A DNA stretch of 64,000 nucleotides from Naegleria gruberi (Eukaryota): assembly GCA_000004985.1 (NCBI GenBank), contig GG738873.1; one strand, written 5' to 3'. Made by a program: the position numbers and the translations under genes. The notes under the pieces are model-generated. The model ran no database searches. It worked only from the letters and a program-made list of their open reading frames with translations, and was not told the DNA's origin. Positions 1 through 9,671 of this stretch are shown in pieces (positions within the stretch are counted from its first letter, which is position 1; the number at the start of each line of letters is the position of its first letter).

Positions 1-1255
1 GCAATGACAACAATACTTCCAATCTTGACACTACTTGCACTTGAAACAGTTCCTGATGCAGATTTATCCTCAGCACCTATTTACATTCAATTTTCAATAT
101 CAATTTTCATATTGATTTCAACAATGTTAAATATTAATATTAATTATTATACTTACCAAGAGAAGGATCCCAATTCAAATTATCAACTCTTTCAGTCAAT
201 GAAGCATAAAATCTAACAACACTTGCAAATGTTAAATCCTTCTTCAATGCACTTGTTGCAGCATTAAGTGAAAAATCAGATTTCAAAGCAGTTGTCACCA
301 ATTGACTCTTTGTAATTCCAGCACTCAATGTACTATATTTGGAAACAAAGGTTTGGAATGACAAGTATGGATTTGGTAATTCAAAACCGTCTGGCAAATT
401 CCATGAAGAGAAGAAACTTGTCTGATTGAATTGAATGACTTTTTGATCTGATGTGGCTGTGTCTGGTCTTTCTTCAGCCAAAATGTTTCTTGCACGTGGT
501 TTCTCAAAGATTGCACCTCTGAATGCAACCAAAGTGCTGATACCTAACTTGGAATTGGCATTGGAATATTTAATTCCAGTGATTTCTAATGAAGATTTGA
601 AAGATGAAGGGACCAAAACTTGAGTGACAGTTCTACTGACAAGTGTCTTGGATTCAAATGAAACTTCATTAGTAGTAATGAATCCAGTGAATGTAACTGT
701 ACAGAAATTAGGAATATCAACACTTGAAACAGCCTTATACACAGCAGCACTTCCATCACTTGTCAAATCTGTCTTGGTTACAGAAATAACCTTCCATGAC
801 AATCCAACAAGTGAATACTCCTTAACAATTGAATCAGCAGTATTTGGTTGATAACCAGGAGTACCATCATTATCCAAATACTCAAAAATCGAATCAAAAC
901 CAAAAGCAACACCAGTATCAATATTAATTGTCAATGGAGCCAACTTGTTTCCTAATTGAATTTTGAAACCAGCACTTGCTGCCATTTTAATCATTGGCAA
1001 TGTAGCAACTGATGCCTCGAACTTTAAGCCAGTGAAAGTGGACAAGGATGCCTTGGTAGTGACATTGAAATCACATGTGGTTCCTGAAGTAAATGTCACT
1101 TGATTGGCTGGAGTAGAGTATTGAACATTTCTCTTACATGAGAGTGAAGTTTGACGGAATTTGAGAGAAATCTCATCCAAAGCATGGATGAACGGTAAAA
1201 GTGAAAACACCAAGCAGAGTGTTAACAAGATATTTTTACAGATATAAAGTTTCAT
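1..1255 (-). CDS. Secreted protein of unknown function with an N-terminal signal peptide. Two exons, join(1..76,157..1255); the 3' end runs off the window.
   Basis: 371-aa ORF starting MKLYICKNILLTLCLVFSLLPFIHA (hydrophobic signal-like N-terminus), with an A-run before the ATG on the minus strand. The apparent stop at 140 lies inside a GGTAAGTAT donor, and an acceptor (aaatag at 77-78) restores the frame, which then stays open to position 1. Confidence 0.5.
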
Positions 1256-1527
1256 TTTTTTTTTGATAAGTTTTGGTCAATTGTGATTTGGAAGACGTTG
1301 AAATTTGAAGATCTCAAGAATAGTGTGACAGGTTGGAAATTTGCGCTTATAAAATCGGTAGATAAGTGAAATTCCTTGAGTTTCGAATGCAGAGTTGGAG
1401 AGTTTGAAAAGTTTATTCTATAACGAGATGTGATAATGTTAATTTTCCTTGAGTTTACAATGAGGGGTATTGTTGGAAGGCTTTTTTGTAGTATCGAGGA
1501 GATCCGGTTTGTCCAGAATATTCGAAA

Positions 1528-3429
1528 TTATTGGATTAAACATTTAGGTTTACCATTATTCGAAACTTGAGAATCCTGTAAAAGACAGCACTTTACAATC
1601 AATTCTTTCAATTCTTCAATTCCCACCATTTTCAATGAAGAAACTTCTGTAAATGATAAACATTTCAATTCTCTGGCTAGATTTTCTCCTTCCTCATACG
1701 AAACTATTCTTGGTTTTTCTTTCGAATAAAAATTTTCTCCTGGATTATAATTCCTCAAATCAGATTTTGTTCCCAACAGTAGAATTGGTGTTTTTGGTGA
1801 GTGAAGTCTTGTTTCCTCTACAAAAGTATCCTTAACTCGATGAAAGCTGTCTAAATTGTAGATACTGTACACTACAATGGTAAGATCTGGTGGAGGAGAG
1901 TAGGATAAATATCTAATTATTTCATAATCATATCCTCCAGCTGTATCTCTCATTTGGAGTGTGAATGTTTGATTTTTGAGAGTTACTGGAATTGGATGTT
2001 CACTTTCGAATACTGTTGGGATGTATTCTTGTGGAAATTCATTCATGGCTAGTACTATTTGCATTGAGGTTTTACCAACATTTGATGATCCAATTACGGT
2101 AATTCTAAATTCATGTAAATTATTTTCAGTTTCCTTGACAAGTTGTTGAATGTCTTGTTTTAAAATTTCCTGTTTTGGCTTGAATTGAAATTCAATGAGG
2201 GTTTTAATTCTTCCCAGTTCAATAATGTGATTTTTGGATTGTTGATAAAAAGTTCTTGAATGTAAAGCAAGATTGTAATAATTAACTCCACTACGTCGTG
2301 GGCTCACATTTTGTGATTTGCTTAACAAGAACTTCTTCCATAATTTGTCCTCAATGCTTAGTTGACTAAGTTGACAGTCTTTTCCAATCAATTGAACATT
2401 ATTGAGATCATGAACTGGTAAATATTCCAAAATCATTCTAAAAATGTCTTCGTTTAGCATTGATAACTTTCCATTATTTTCCTTTGCATTGATATTTGAG
2501 ATAGATTGTTGATATTTTCCTCCCCAGACAAAATAATAAACCACAAAGGTTAATTCGTGGGGTGTGTAAATGGTCAATGAATGGAAAACAGGTCCAAATT
2601 CAGAATTATTAAACACTCGAGAGAGAAAATGAAAGTTTTCTTCTCTCCACTCATTCTTCTCTGAGAGGTTTAAACTATGTAGAGTGGTAAAATCATGATT
2701 TGAATTACAACCACCAATCAAGAATAGCCTATCGTTTTCTATCCATGATTTGTGACCATATCTTGAAATATTTTGAGGAATTTTCTTGATTTTACAATTC
2801 AGATACTCAGATTCTGATAAATTTTCTAAATCAATTAGTAAAACGTCATTGATTGGAATATTTCCACTTTGTTTTCCACCTGAAATGATCAACAAATTAT
2901 TGTAAATCAGTGAGGAATGAAAGTATCTCCCCAAAATTTCATTATTTTTCCTATTTTTTAAAGACCGACATTTCCATTCGAAAGTTTTCAAATTTAATTC
3001 GAAAACTTGATTGGAAACAAATCCATCAGAATCATATCCACCAAATATAATCATGGAATCTTTGTAAATCTCAGCAGAATGTCCAAATCTGGGAGAAATA
3101 ACTTGATCATTCACAGTTGTTAGTTTCGTCCATTTTCCAACAGATTCCTTTGAATTAAATTCGAATTGCCAAACATCAGCTAGATATCCATTCGATTTAC
3201 CACCAAATAAAATCATTTTGTGATCATGGGAGATTGCAGAATGGAAATTTCTTGGAGATGGTTTTTCACCTTCCGATAAAATTATTGGAATGCAAGATTC
3301 TGATGAAATTTCATAAACTCTCAACTGATCAGAGTATTCGTTTTGATTGGCACTTTCGAGTAATCCACCAAAAATTAAAATATATTCATTGTTGATATTG
3401 ACGGATGTGTGACCGATGAGTTTTGACAT
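1528..3429 (-). CDS. Kelch-repeat beta-propeller, F-box and Rho/Rac-like GTPase in one polypeptide (633 aa)
   Basis: Single uninterrupted ORF with an A-rich context before the ATG. The N-terminal about 330 aa carry repeated kelch-type motifs (ILIFGG, MILFGG, MIIFGG, LIISGG, LFLIGG). An F-box-like segment follows (LNEDIFRMILEYLPVHDLNNVQLIGKDCQ...DKLWKKFLL). The C-terminal domain aligns to Rac/Rho: GSSNVGKT P-loop, YIPTVFE, DTAGGYDY, LLGTKSDLR. Confidence 0.8.
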   Translation of the reverse strand: MSKLIGHTSVNINNEYILIFGGLLESANQNEYSDQLRVYEISSESCIPIILSEGEKPSPRNFHSAISHDHKMILFGGKSNGYLADVWQFEFNSKESVGKWTKLTTVNDQVISPRFGHSAEIYKDSMIIFGGYDSDGFVSNQVFELNLKTFEWKCRSLKNRKNNEILGRYFHSSLIYNNLLIISGGKQSGNIPINDVLLIDLENLSESEYLNCKIKKIPQNISRYGHKSWIENDRLFLIGGCNSNHDFTTLHSLNLSEKNEWREENFHFLSRVFNNSEFGPVFHSLTIYTPHELTFVVYYFVWGGKYQQSISNINAKENNGKLSMLNEDIFRMILEYLPVHDLNNVQLIGKDCQLSQLSIEDKLWKKFLLSKSQNVSPRRSGVNYYNLALHSRTFYQQSKNHIIELGRIKTLIEFQFKPKQEILKQDIQQLVKETENNLHEFRITVIGSSNVGKTSMQIVLAMNEFPQEYIPTVFESEHPIPVTLKNQTFTLQMRDTAGGYDYEIIRYLSYSPPPDLTIVVYSIYNLDSFHRVKDTFVEETRLHSPKTPILLLGTKSDLRNYNPGENFYSKEKPRIVSYEEGENLARELKCLSFTEVSSLKMVGIEELKELIVKCCLLQDSQVSNNGKPKCLIQ

Positions 3430-3508
3430 TTTTTTAATAATTGTTTTCCTGTTAAATAGGTAAAGATGAAGGTTCTATCAACACATTCTTGTAAACATTT
3501 GTGTGAAA

Positions 3509-3760
3509 TCGGGTGTGGTATAGTGGTAGCATTCCAGACTGTCACTCTGGCGACCCGGGTTCAATTTGTTTTGTTAGTGTGTATGAGTTAGTAATGAATG
3601 ATATCGGTTAATCCTTATTTGGAAATTTCATTCCCGGTACCCAAAGTATGAACGAGAGTTTTGACTATGTGAAATCAAATTGTTTATTGCTCGAGTGCCT
3701 TTTGATCAAGAAGTTACAGTTATGAATAATTATCAAGAAATTCAATTCCCGGCACTCGAG
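3509..3760 (+). pseudogene. tRNA-Asp(GTC) gene interrupted in the T-loop by a ~180-bp insert. The 5' part is 3509-3566 and the 3' part is 3741-3760.
   Basis: Positions 3509-3566 fold as acceptor 5' strand TCGGGTG, a D-arm, an anticodon stem-loop CCAGA/CTGTCAC/TCTGG (anticodon GTC) and a T-stem CCGGG plus TTCAATT loop, but no closing strand follows. The missing piece, TTCAATT-CCCGG-CACTCGA-G, lies at 3741-3760 and pairs perfectly with both the T-stem and the acceptor stem. Both junctions carry TTCAATT. Confidence 0.6.
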
Positions 3761-3790
3761 TTTAATTTTTGACTCTGTCTCCAATTTTTA
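3567..3790. repeat. Diverged tandem duplication of about 113 bp (two units). It covers the 3' end of the tRNA-Asp and its flank, and it is the cause of the tRNA disruption.
   Basis: Unit 1 (about 3567-3680) and unit 2 (about 3681-3790) share gtta.agt.atgaat.at.atc, then aaatt(t)ca(a)ttcccgg(t/c)ac, then cgag...ttttgact.tgt. Unit 1 holds a degenerate copy of the tRNA 3' piece (ttcattcccggtacccaaag). Confidence 0.5.
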
Positions 3791-4159
3791 ATATTTGATA
3801 ATTAAAAAATACAAAGACAGTTGTCTATTCTACCTATTTCTCAATTTTTATAGCTTTATTTCTTAAAATCATAGAGATAATAACCTCTTCTCAAACCCTA
3901 TTTTCAATTTAAAAATTTCTGCTAATCATGCTTTATAACATGGATGGATCAAAATAATGGATTGGTTGGTTAAATTGTAATAAACTAGATTCTTCCAGTT
4001 GAATTGGTAACTCTTAAACAATTCCTCACTTGCAGTAAGATAAAGAAATATCACAAAATATAGTGCTCACTACTGAATTTCTCATTTATCCGATGAAAAC
4101 AATATATTGTTGATCAGTTTTTAATGAATAGTGAAAGGAAGCGAAATTACAAACATGTA

Positions 4160-4232
4160 GCCCGTCTAGCTCAGTCGGTAGAGCGCAAGGCTCTTAACCT
4201 TGTGGTCGTGGGTTCGACCCCCACGGTGGGCG
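4160..4232 (+). tRNA. tRNA-Lys (anticodon CTT)
   Basis: The 73-nt sequence GCCCGTCTAGCTCAGTCGGTAGAGCGCAAGGCTCTTAACCTTGTGGTCGTGGGTTCGACCCCCACGGTGGGCG has a canonical cloverleaf with anticodon loop CTCTTAA. It is near-identical in layout to eukaryotic tRNA-Lys-CTT. Confidence 0.9.
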
Positions 4233-4412
4233 ATTCCGTTTTGATTAATTCTTATTTTGTGGAGAATAGAACTTTTTATGTGGAATATCAATGTCTTGAG
4301 TTCACTCACAATATTCTGAATGCGTGTTTCTTGATTATTTCCAATGGAATAAACTTGAGCCATTATTTTATAATTTAATTACAATATTAAATACTCTTTT
4401 CGGCACCATCAT

Positions 4413-7400
4413 CTAGAAATTTTGAATGTCAGCACTTGTTGGTCTCATACTTGGTTCCTTTGAGACCATAGTCACAATAAAATTGCAAAGCTTCTCAGAG
4501 TAACCTCTTGATATCAAGTGTTCCATTGTTCTGTCCAACACCACTTCTTCCTTATCGTATAATAATTGAGCTGTAATGTTTAAATCTAAGGAATCATTTG
4601 CCATGGCCTGAATGAGTGAAACTCCAAGTGAAAATATATCAGCACTATAACTGTATTTTCTAGAAAAGACCTCAGGTGCCATATATTGCAATGTTCCTGC
4701 AACTGAATTTTGAGTTTCTCCAGTTTCCTTTGCCTCTCCATAATCACCAATAACCACTTGGATTTCATCCAATTCACGGTCCAATTTACTATAGAAAATA
4801 TTACGTGGTTTGATATCTCTGTGAACAATTAGTTTCTCTTGGTGAAGATAGTTCAAACCATCTCCAAGTTGTTTCATGATGGAGATGATCATCTTCTCAG
4901 AGACAATCTTTCCATCTTGTTTCAAATCTTTCAAGGCATGTTCCAAGTCGCCTTCATAAAATTTCATTACAATACAAATAGATTGAATAATCTGTGCTTC
5001 AAAGAATTCATAAACTTCAACCAGATTTGCATGTCTGTATGAAAGTGTTTTGGAACATTCATCAATAATTTTAGAATGTCTGCTTTGATCATAACTAATA
5101 GTCTTGATGGCAACTGGCATGTCATTCTTTTTAGAATCCAAACAGAGATAACATTTACCAAATGCACCCTGACCAATAACTTGTTGAATCTTGTATCTAT
5201 CTTTGAGCAAAGAATGATCTGTGTTTTGAGTAGAAGAAGTAGTAGTTGTGTTAGTATTGGAAGTATTGGAAGACAATTGGTACAAGGAATTGTTAAAGGT
5301 ATCGCTTGGGAAATCTGAAGTCACTGATGTACTATTATTGGCTGTTTGAGTGACATTTTCATCAATGGTTGTTATCATTTCAATTGGTTTTTCCTTAGTA
5401 ACCAGTGGTTTGCTTTTCTTCTTCTTTAATTTCACAATGAGACAGATGGTGACAATGATTGCAAGCAATATTAACAATACCAATAATGTTAAACCCACAA
5501 CCAATCCAACAATCAATCCAATGTTAGAATTAACTGGAGTAGTCACTTGTCCATTCTTGGATGCAAGTGGAGAGACATAGGTAGGAGGAACAATTCTATT
5601 CTCACAACTCAATCCACTATATCCTTCCAGACATGAACAACCATTACTTGATGTACATGTTCCATTTCCACTACAATTTTTCACGGCATCACAAGAGAAG
5701 AGGGAACAATCGAGACTTCCCTTCCATCCACTAGTGCATGAGCATGTATTATTACTCACACAGAAACCATGTCCTGAACAGGCATTCAATGTTTCACATG
5801 AGAAGAGAGAGCAATCAGAACTTCCTCTCCAGCCAGAATAACACGAACAATTGTTCATTACACAATCTCCATGTCCACTACATTGATTCTGTAGGTCACA
5901 ACCAAAAGAGATTGCTCTCACCTTTCCATTACTTGTGTCAGCAATGAAAATTTTAGATTCATCAGCAGAGAGAGCTACTCCCATTGGTCCATAAAATTGA
6001 GTTTCCAAAGGGTGCAAATTCTCTCCATTGTATCCATACAGTGGTGCAGTACCAGCAATGGTTATCAAAGTTCCATTCTTAAATAATTTCCTTATGGCAT
6101 GGTTTTGGGAATCAGAAATCAATAGTTCATCATTGGATAAAATGGCAAGACCAGCAGGATATCTCAACATTGAATTAACACCACTCAAATTCTCCCCACT
6201 ATATCCATCCACCCCAGTTCCTGCAATGGTAATGAGGGTTCCATCATTGAGAATTTTTCTCACTCGATGGCCTTCATACTCTGAAAAAATAACTTCATTA
6301 TTAGAGGTCAGTACAATTCCATATGGATTATTAATATTGGCACTAGTTGCTAATAGCCCATCTCCATTGTAGGTAGAAGTACCGGTACCAGCTACAGTAA
6401 TGATGGTCTGATTGAAAAACACTTTTCTAATTCGATGATTTCCAGAATCGGTAATGTACAAATCTCCATTTGTGGATCTGGCAATTCCTTTTGGTAAATT
6501 TAAATGAGCACTAGTAGCAGGAATGTTATCAGCATTGTATCCAGTAGTTCCAGATCCAGCTTTTGTTATTACAATTCCACTAGAAGATATGAGATATTTC
6601 ACAGTTGACGAATCAACAAAATAGTACTCCCCTACATTGGGCACGAGTGGAGATCTGGGTGAAATATAACTTGGAGTAATGGTTGTGATAATTCCACCGA
6701 GTGAAATCTTTCTCAATCTATAATTTCTTGTGTCGGCCACAATAACCTCATTATTTGGAGCGACAGCAACCGATTCTGGACCAAAGAGTTTTGCCTTCAC
6801 TGCCTCAATATTATCACCATTGTAGCCGAGATTGGAACCTGTTCCAGCAACAGTAGTGATGATATTGTTTGTGTTAATCTTTCTGACTCTGTAATTTCCA
6901 CCATCGGAAATGAAAATCTCCCCACTCGAGGATATAGCAATGCCTCTTGTGACTCTGAACATGGCATTGGATGCCAATTGATTGTCTCCAGCATAGCCAT
7001 ATGATGATCCAGCTATTAATGTTGCAACTCCATTCGTTTGAATCATGTACACTTTATCTGAAACAGTGACATAGAGAGCACCAGTGATTGGAGATATTGC
7101 CATTCCATTGACTGTATTAGTCTGGCCAGAGAGTTCAAAAGTAGTGAACATGACTACACTGGTGCCATTATTGAAAACCTTTCTAATCTTGTCATATTCT
7201 CCAATGTAAACTTCTCCACTATTAGAGATGGCAATGGAAGTGGGGAAGTTTAACTGTGCATTAGTTGCATCCTGTACCACAGTGGATGTATCTGTTCCAC
7301 CTCCAGCGAATGTTCTAATGATACCATCCGTATACGAAACTACACGAATTTTGTTATTTGAGGTTTCTGCAATATATAAATTATTATTCACAGGAGAGAT

Positions 7401-7961
7401 GACAATTCCACCTGGTGTATTCAATAGTGCATTGGTAGCGACTCCATCATCACCGATACTCCCTGGTACACCAACTTGACCAGCGTATGTGCTAATCAAA
7501 TTACTAGATAATATGACCTTTCGAATAACATGACTATTCGTATCAGACAAGTACATGACATCACTATTCTGAAAAGCAAGTGCACTAGGATAATTGAAAC
7601 GAGCCAAAGTTGCTATAGTTGTCGTGACAGAACCAGGAATACCCACACCAGCAATTGTTTTAATTTTACCACTACTTGCCACTACTTGTCTCACTCGACA
7701 ATTTATCTTGTCAACTATGAAAATGTCACCATTGTTACTTGGAGAGAGTGCAAGACCATCAGGTATGGCAATTTCTGCCTTGGTAGCATCAATGTTATCA
7801 CCATTGTAACCATTGGGATAACTACCTGCTATGGTTTTTACATGGTATAAAGATTGACCGTGGACAATTGGTTGGGCAGCAAGAAACACCAAGTGAAACA
7901 AAAACAACAATGGTAGCAAGAATGTTGAGCTATTAGTGTTGTTGAGTTTCAATTTGTCCAT
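4413..7961 (-). CDS. Receptor-like protein kinase (1,182 aa) with signal peptide, NHL-repeat propeller, EGF-like Cys-rich modules, a transmembrane helix and a C-terminal Ser/Thr kinase domain
   Basis: Continuous ORF with an A-rich start context. The N-terminus MDKLKLNN...LLPLLFLFHLVFLAA looks like a signal peptide. There are more than 15 NHL-type repeats (YNGDNI.A..A.L..P.G.A......IYIAD..N.RIRK.). Three CSGHG.C....C.C..GW.G..C modules look like EGF repeats. A TM segment (GLIVGLVVGLTLLVLLILLAIIVTICLIV) is followed by a kinase with GQGAFGK, VAIK, HRDIKPRN, DYG and MAPE motifs. Confidence 0.8.
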   Translation of the reverse strand: MDKLKLNNTNSSTFLLPLLFLFHLVFLAAQPIVHGQSLYHVKTIAGSYPNGYNGDNIDATKAEIAIPDGLALSPSNNGDIFIVDKINCRVRQVVASSGKIKTIAGVGIPGSVTTTIATLARFNYPSALAFQNSDVMYLSDTNSHVIRKVILSSNLISTYAGQVGVPGSIGDDGVATNALLNTPGGIVISPVNNNLYIAETSNNKIRVVSYTDGIIRTFAGGGTDTSTVVQDATNAQLNFPTSIAISNSGEVYIGEYDKIRKVFNNGTSVVMFTTFELSGQTNTVNGMAISPITGALYVTVSDKVYMIQTNGVATLIAGSSYGYAGDNQLASNAMFRVTRGIAISSSGEIFISDGGNYRVRKINTNNIITTVAGTGSNLGYNGDNIEAVKAKLFGPESVAVAPNNEVIVADTRNYRLRKISLGGIITTITPSYISPRSPLVPNVGEYYFVDSSTVKYLISSSGIVITKAGSGTTGYNADNIPATSAHLNLPKGIARSTNGDLYITDSGNHRIRKVFFNQTIITVAGTGTSTYNGDGLLATSANINNPYGIVLTSNNEVIFSEYEGHRVRKILNDGTLITIAGTGVDGYSGENLSGVNSMLRYPAGLAILSNDELLISDSQNHAIRKLFKNGTLITIAGTAPLYGYNGENLHPLETQFYGPMGVALSADESKIFIADTSNGKVRAISFGCDLQNQCSGHGDCVMNNCSCYSGWRGSSDCSLFSCETLNACSGHGFCVSNNTCSCTSGWKGSLDCSLFSCDAVKNCSGNGTCTSSNGCSCLEGYSGLSCENRIVPPTYVSPLASKNGQVTTPVNSNIGLIVGLVVGLTLLVLLILLAIIVTICLIVKLKKKKSKPLVTKEKPIEMITTIDENVTQTANNSTSVTSDFPSDTFNNSLYQLSSNTSNTNTTTTSSTQNTDHSLLKDRYKIQQVIGQGAFGKCYLCLDSKKNDMPVAIKTISYDQSRHSKIIDECSKTLSYRHANLVEVYEFFEAQIIQSICIVMKFYEGDLEHALKDLKQDGKIVSEKMIISIMKQLGDGLNYLHQEKLIVHRDIKPRNIFYSKLDRELDEIQVVIGDYGEAKETGETQNSVAGTLQYMAPEVFSRKYSYSADIFSLGVSLIQAMANDSLDLNITAQLLYDKEEVVLDRTMEHLISRGYSEKLCNFIVTMVSKEPSMRPTSADIQNF

Positions 7962-8504
7962 TTTTTTGAAAGTTATTGGTCTTTGTTAACACAGTATCTT
8001 GGTCTCTCCACAAGGAAAGGTCGCGGTACTCATCCAAGATACTACTCTCCATGGAGTTCAGTTGCCAATATAAAGATCGGACTTGCAATCTCATTCACGC
8101 ATTCATGTGTACCTGTTCAAGTTTAAAAAAGTGTTGTTTTTGAACATGAATGAGCAATGCATAGAAGGCACAATATTTAAAATGTTTGCGAATGATTCGT
8201 TTCAAAAAGTGATCATGTTCATTAAAGTTTCATTGTCACATTGAACAATGATAGTATCTGCAGAACCAACGAATGGTCTGTTTCAAATATTTGTTGCACC
8301 AAATCAGAATGGTAACATTTTCAAATGCAAGTCTCTTACTGTCAACATCGTCCATCTCTCAGTGGACCTTAAGAGAGTATCAATTCGTGCCTTGGAAGCT
8401 TTTTTGTTTGGATGGAGGTCTTGGTTTAAGTGTGGGAGATTGTGGTGGAGTAATTGAGGAAGAATCATTTGATACTATTGACCTATATTTTCTTTATAAA
8501 AAAA

Positions 8505-9618
8505 TGGCAAAACACAATCTTGCATCTCTTCCACAAGAAATTCTTCGGATCATATTATCGTATCATGTAATAGGCACATGTGGAGAATCAGCTGATTCTT
8601 CTCGGAAGGAAAAAACAACAATTTCCATCAATCAAGAAATTAAATTTATGACCAATTTTCAATCGATCAGTTCAATAATTAATAGCAAATTAAAGGAATA
8701 TTTTGATGATTTTTGGAGTGGAATTTTTGAACAATATTGTGTTGATGAAGAGGAGAAACAGGATCCTAAATTTCGAATAATGAAAGAGAAATTGGTAGAA
8801 ATGGACGAATTAAAGAGAAAGATTCTTTTAATTCGTTATATTGCTCCGATTATGATAAAACACGAAAAGATAAGAAAGACATTTAGAGATTATTTGAGAA
8901 TTGTAGTATTTGGTGATGAAGCAGTGGGTTAGTTTATTTGAAATTAATTGTTTCTAATATTGAAAAGGAAAGTCCAGTATAATTCTACGTTTCATAGAAG
9001 GTGAATTTAAAGAATGGGATCCAACTGTTGAGGATTTTCATTTGAAATCTGTAAAATTTGGAAATTCAACAACTAATCTCGATATTCTTGGTGTGGGTAC
9101 GTGAATTGAAATATTTCTTTTTAACAATTCTCGAAACTCCATATACGGATAGCTGGCCAAATGGAACACAACTCACACAGCATTAGAAATGGATATCTGA
9201 GTCAATGTGATTGTTATCTGGGTGTCTGCTCAGCAACCATCAAAAATTCAATGAATTATATAGAAGAAAACATTCAAGATTTAAATAATTCTAAGGATGG
9301 GCCCTACACACCAATCATTGTTGTGTTAAATAAGATGGATCTTATTGAGAATGATATCAATGACAGTTCAGATCGGAAATGAACAGAATTATTAAGAAAA
9401 ATAATCTTGAAAATGTTTTCACTGTTGAATGCAGTGCCAAGACAGGCGAAAATATTTCACTAATATTTGATGCATGTATTCAAATGTATATTTATGAATA
9501 TTTGAGAAGAAAGTGGTGGAATCTTTTGGAAAATGTCGCCAAGTTTGACTCTAAATATATTGAGCTGTGTACTGCTGATCCTTCCAAGTCAAAGAAAAAA
9601 ACTTGCCTCCTGAACTAG
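8505..9618 (+). CDS. Ras-like small GTPase with an N-terminal F-box-like extension and a polybasic CAAX tail. At least three introns (8928-8967, 9097-9152) plus a frame discontinuity near 9365-9400.
   Basis: ATG at 8505 in an aaaaaaATGG context. LASLPQEILRIILSY is F-box-like. Exon 1 ends GDEAVG at a GTTAGT donor, exon 2 gives GKSSIILRF...DPTVEDF, exon 3 gives VAGQ...IIVVLNKMDL (NKxD), and the last ORF gives ECSAKTGENI (SAK) then KSKKKTCLLN-stop (CAAX). The NKMD-to-SAK junction needs either a 31-nt GTTCAG...AAG intron (9368-9398) or a 1-nt frameshift. Confidence 0.55.
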
Positions 9619-9671
9619 TAATTTTAATGGTTTGTAAACTTGGAGATTGAACTGACAGTTTGTTAAAAAAA

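Noticed and set aside
4-216. 70-aa plus-strand ORF at the window start
   Set aside because: It lies antisense to the intron and terminal exon of the minus-strand secreted-protein gene, and has no start context or similarity. It is a chance ORF.
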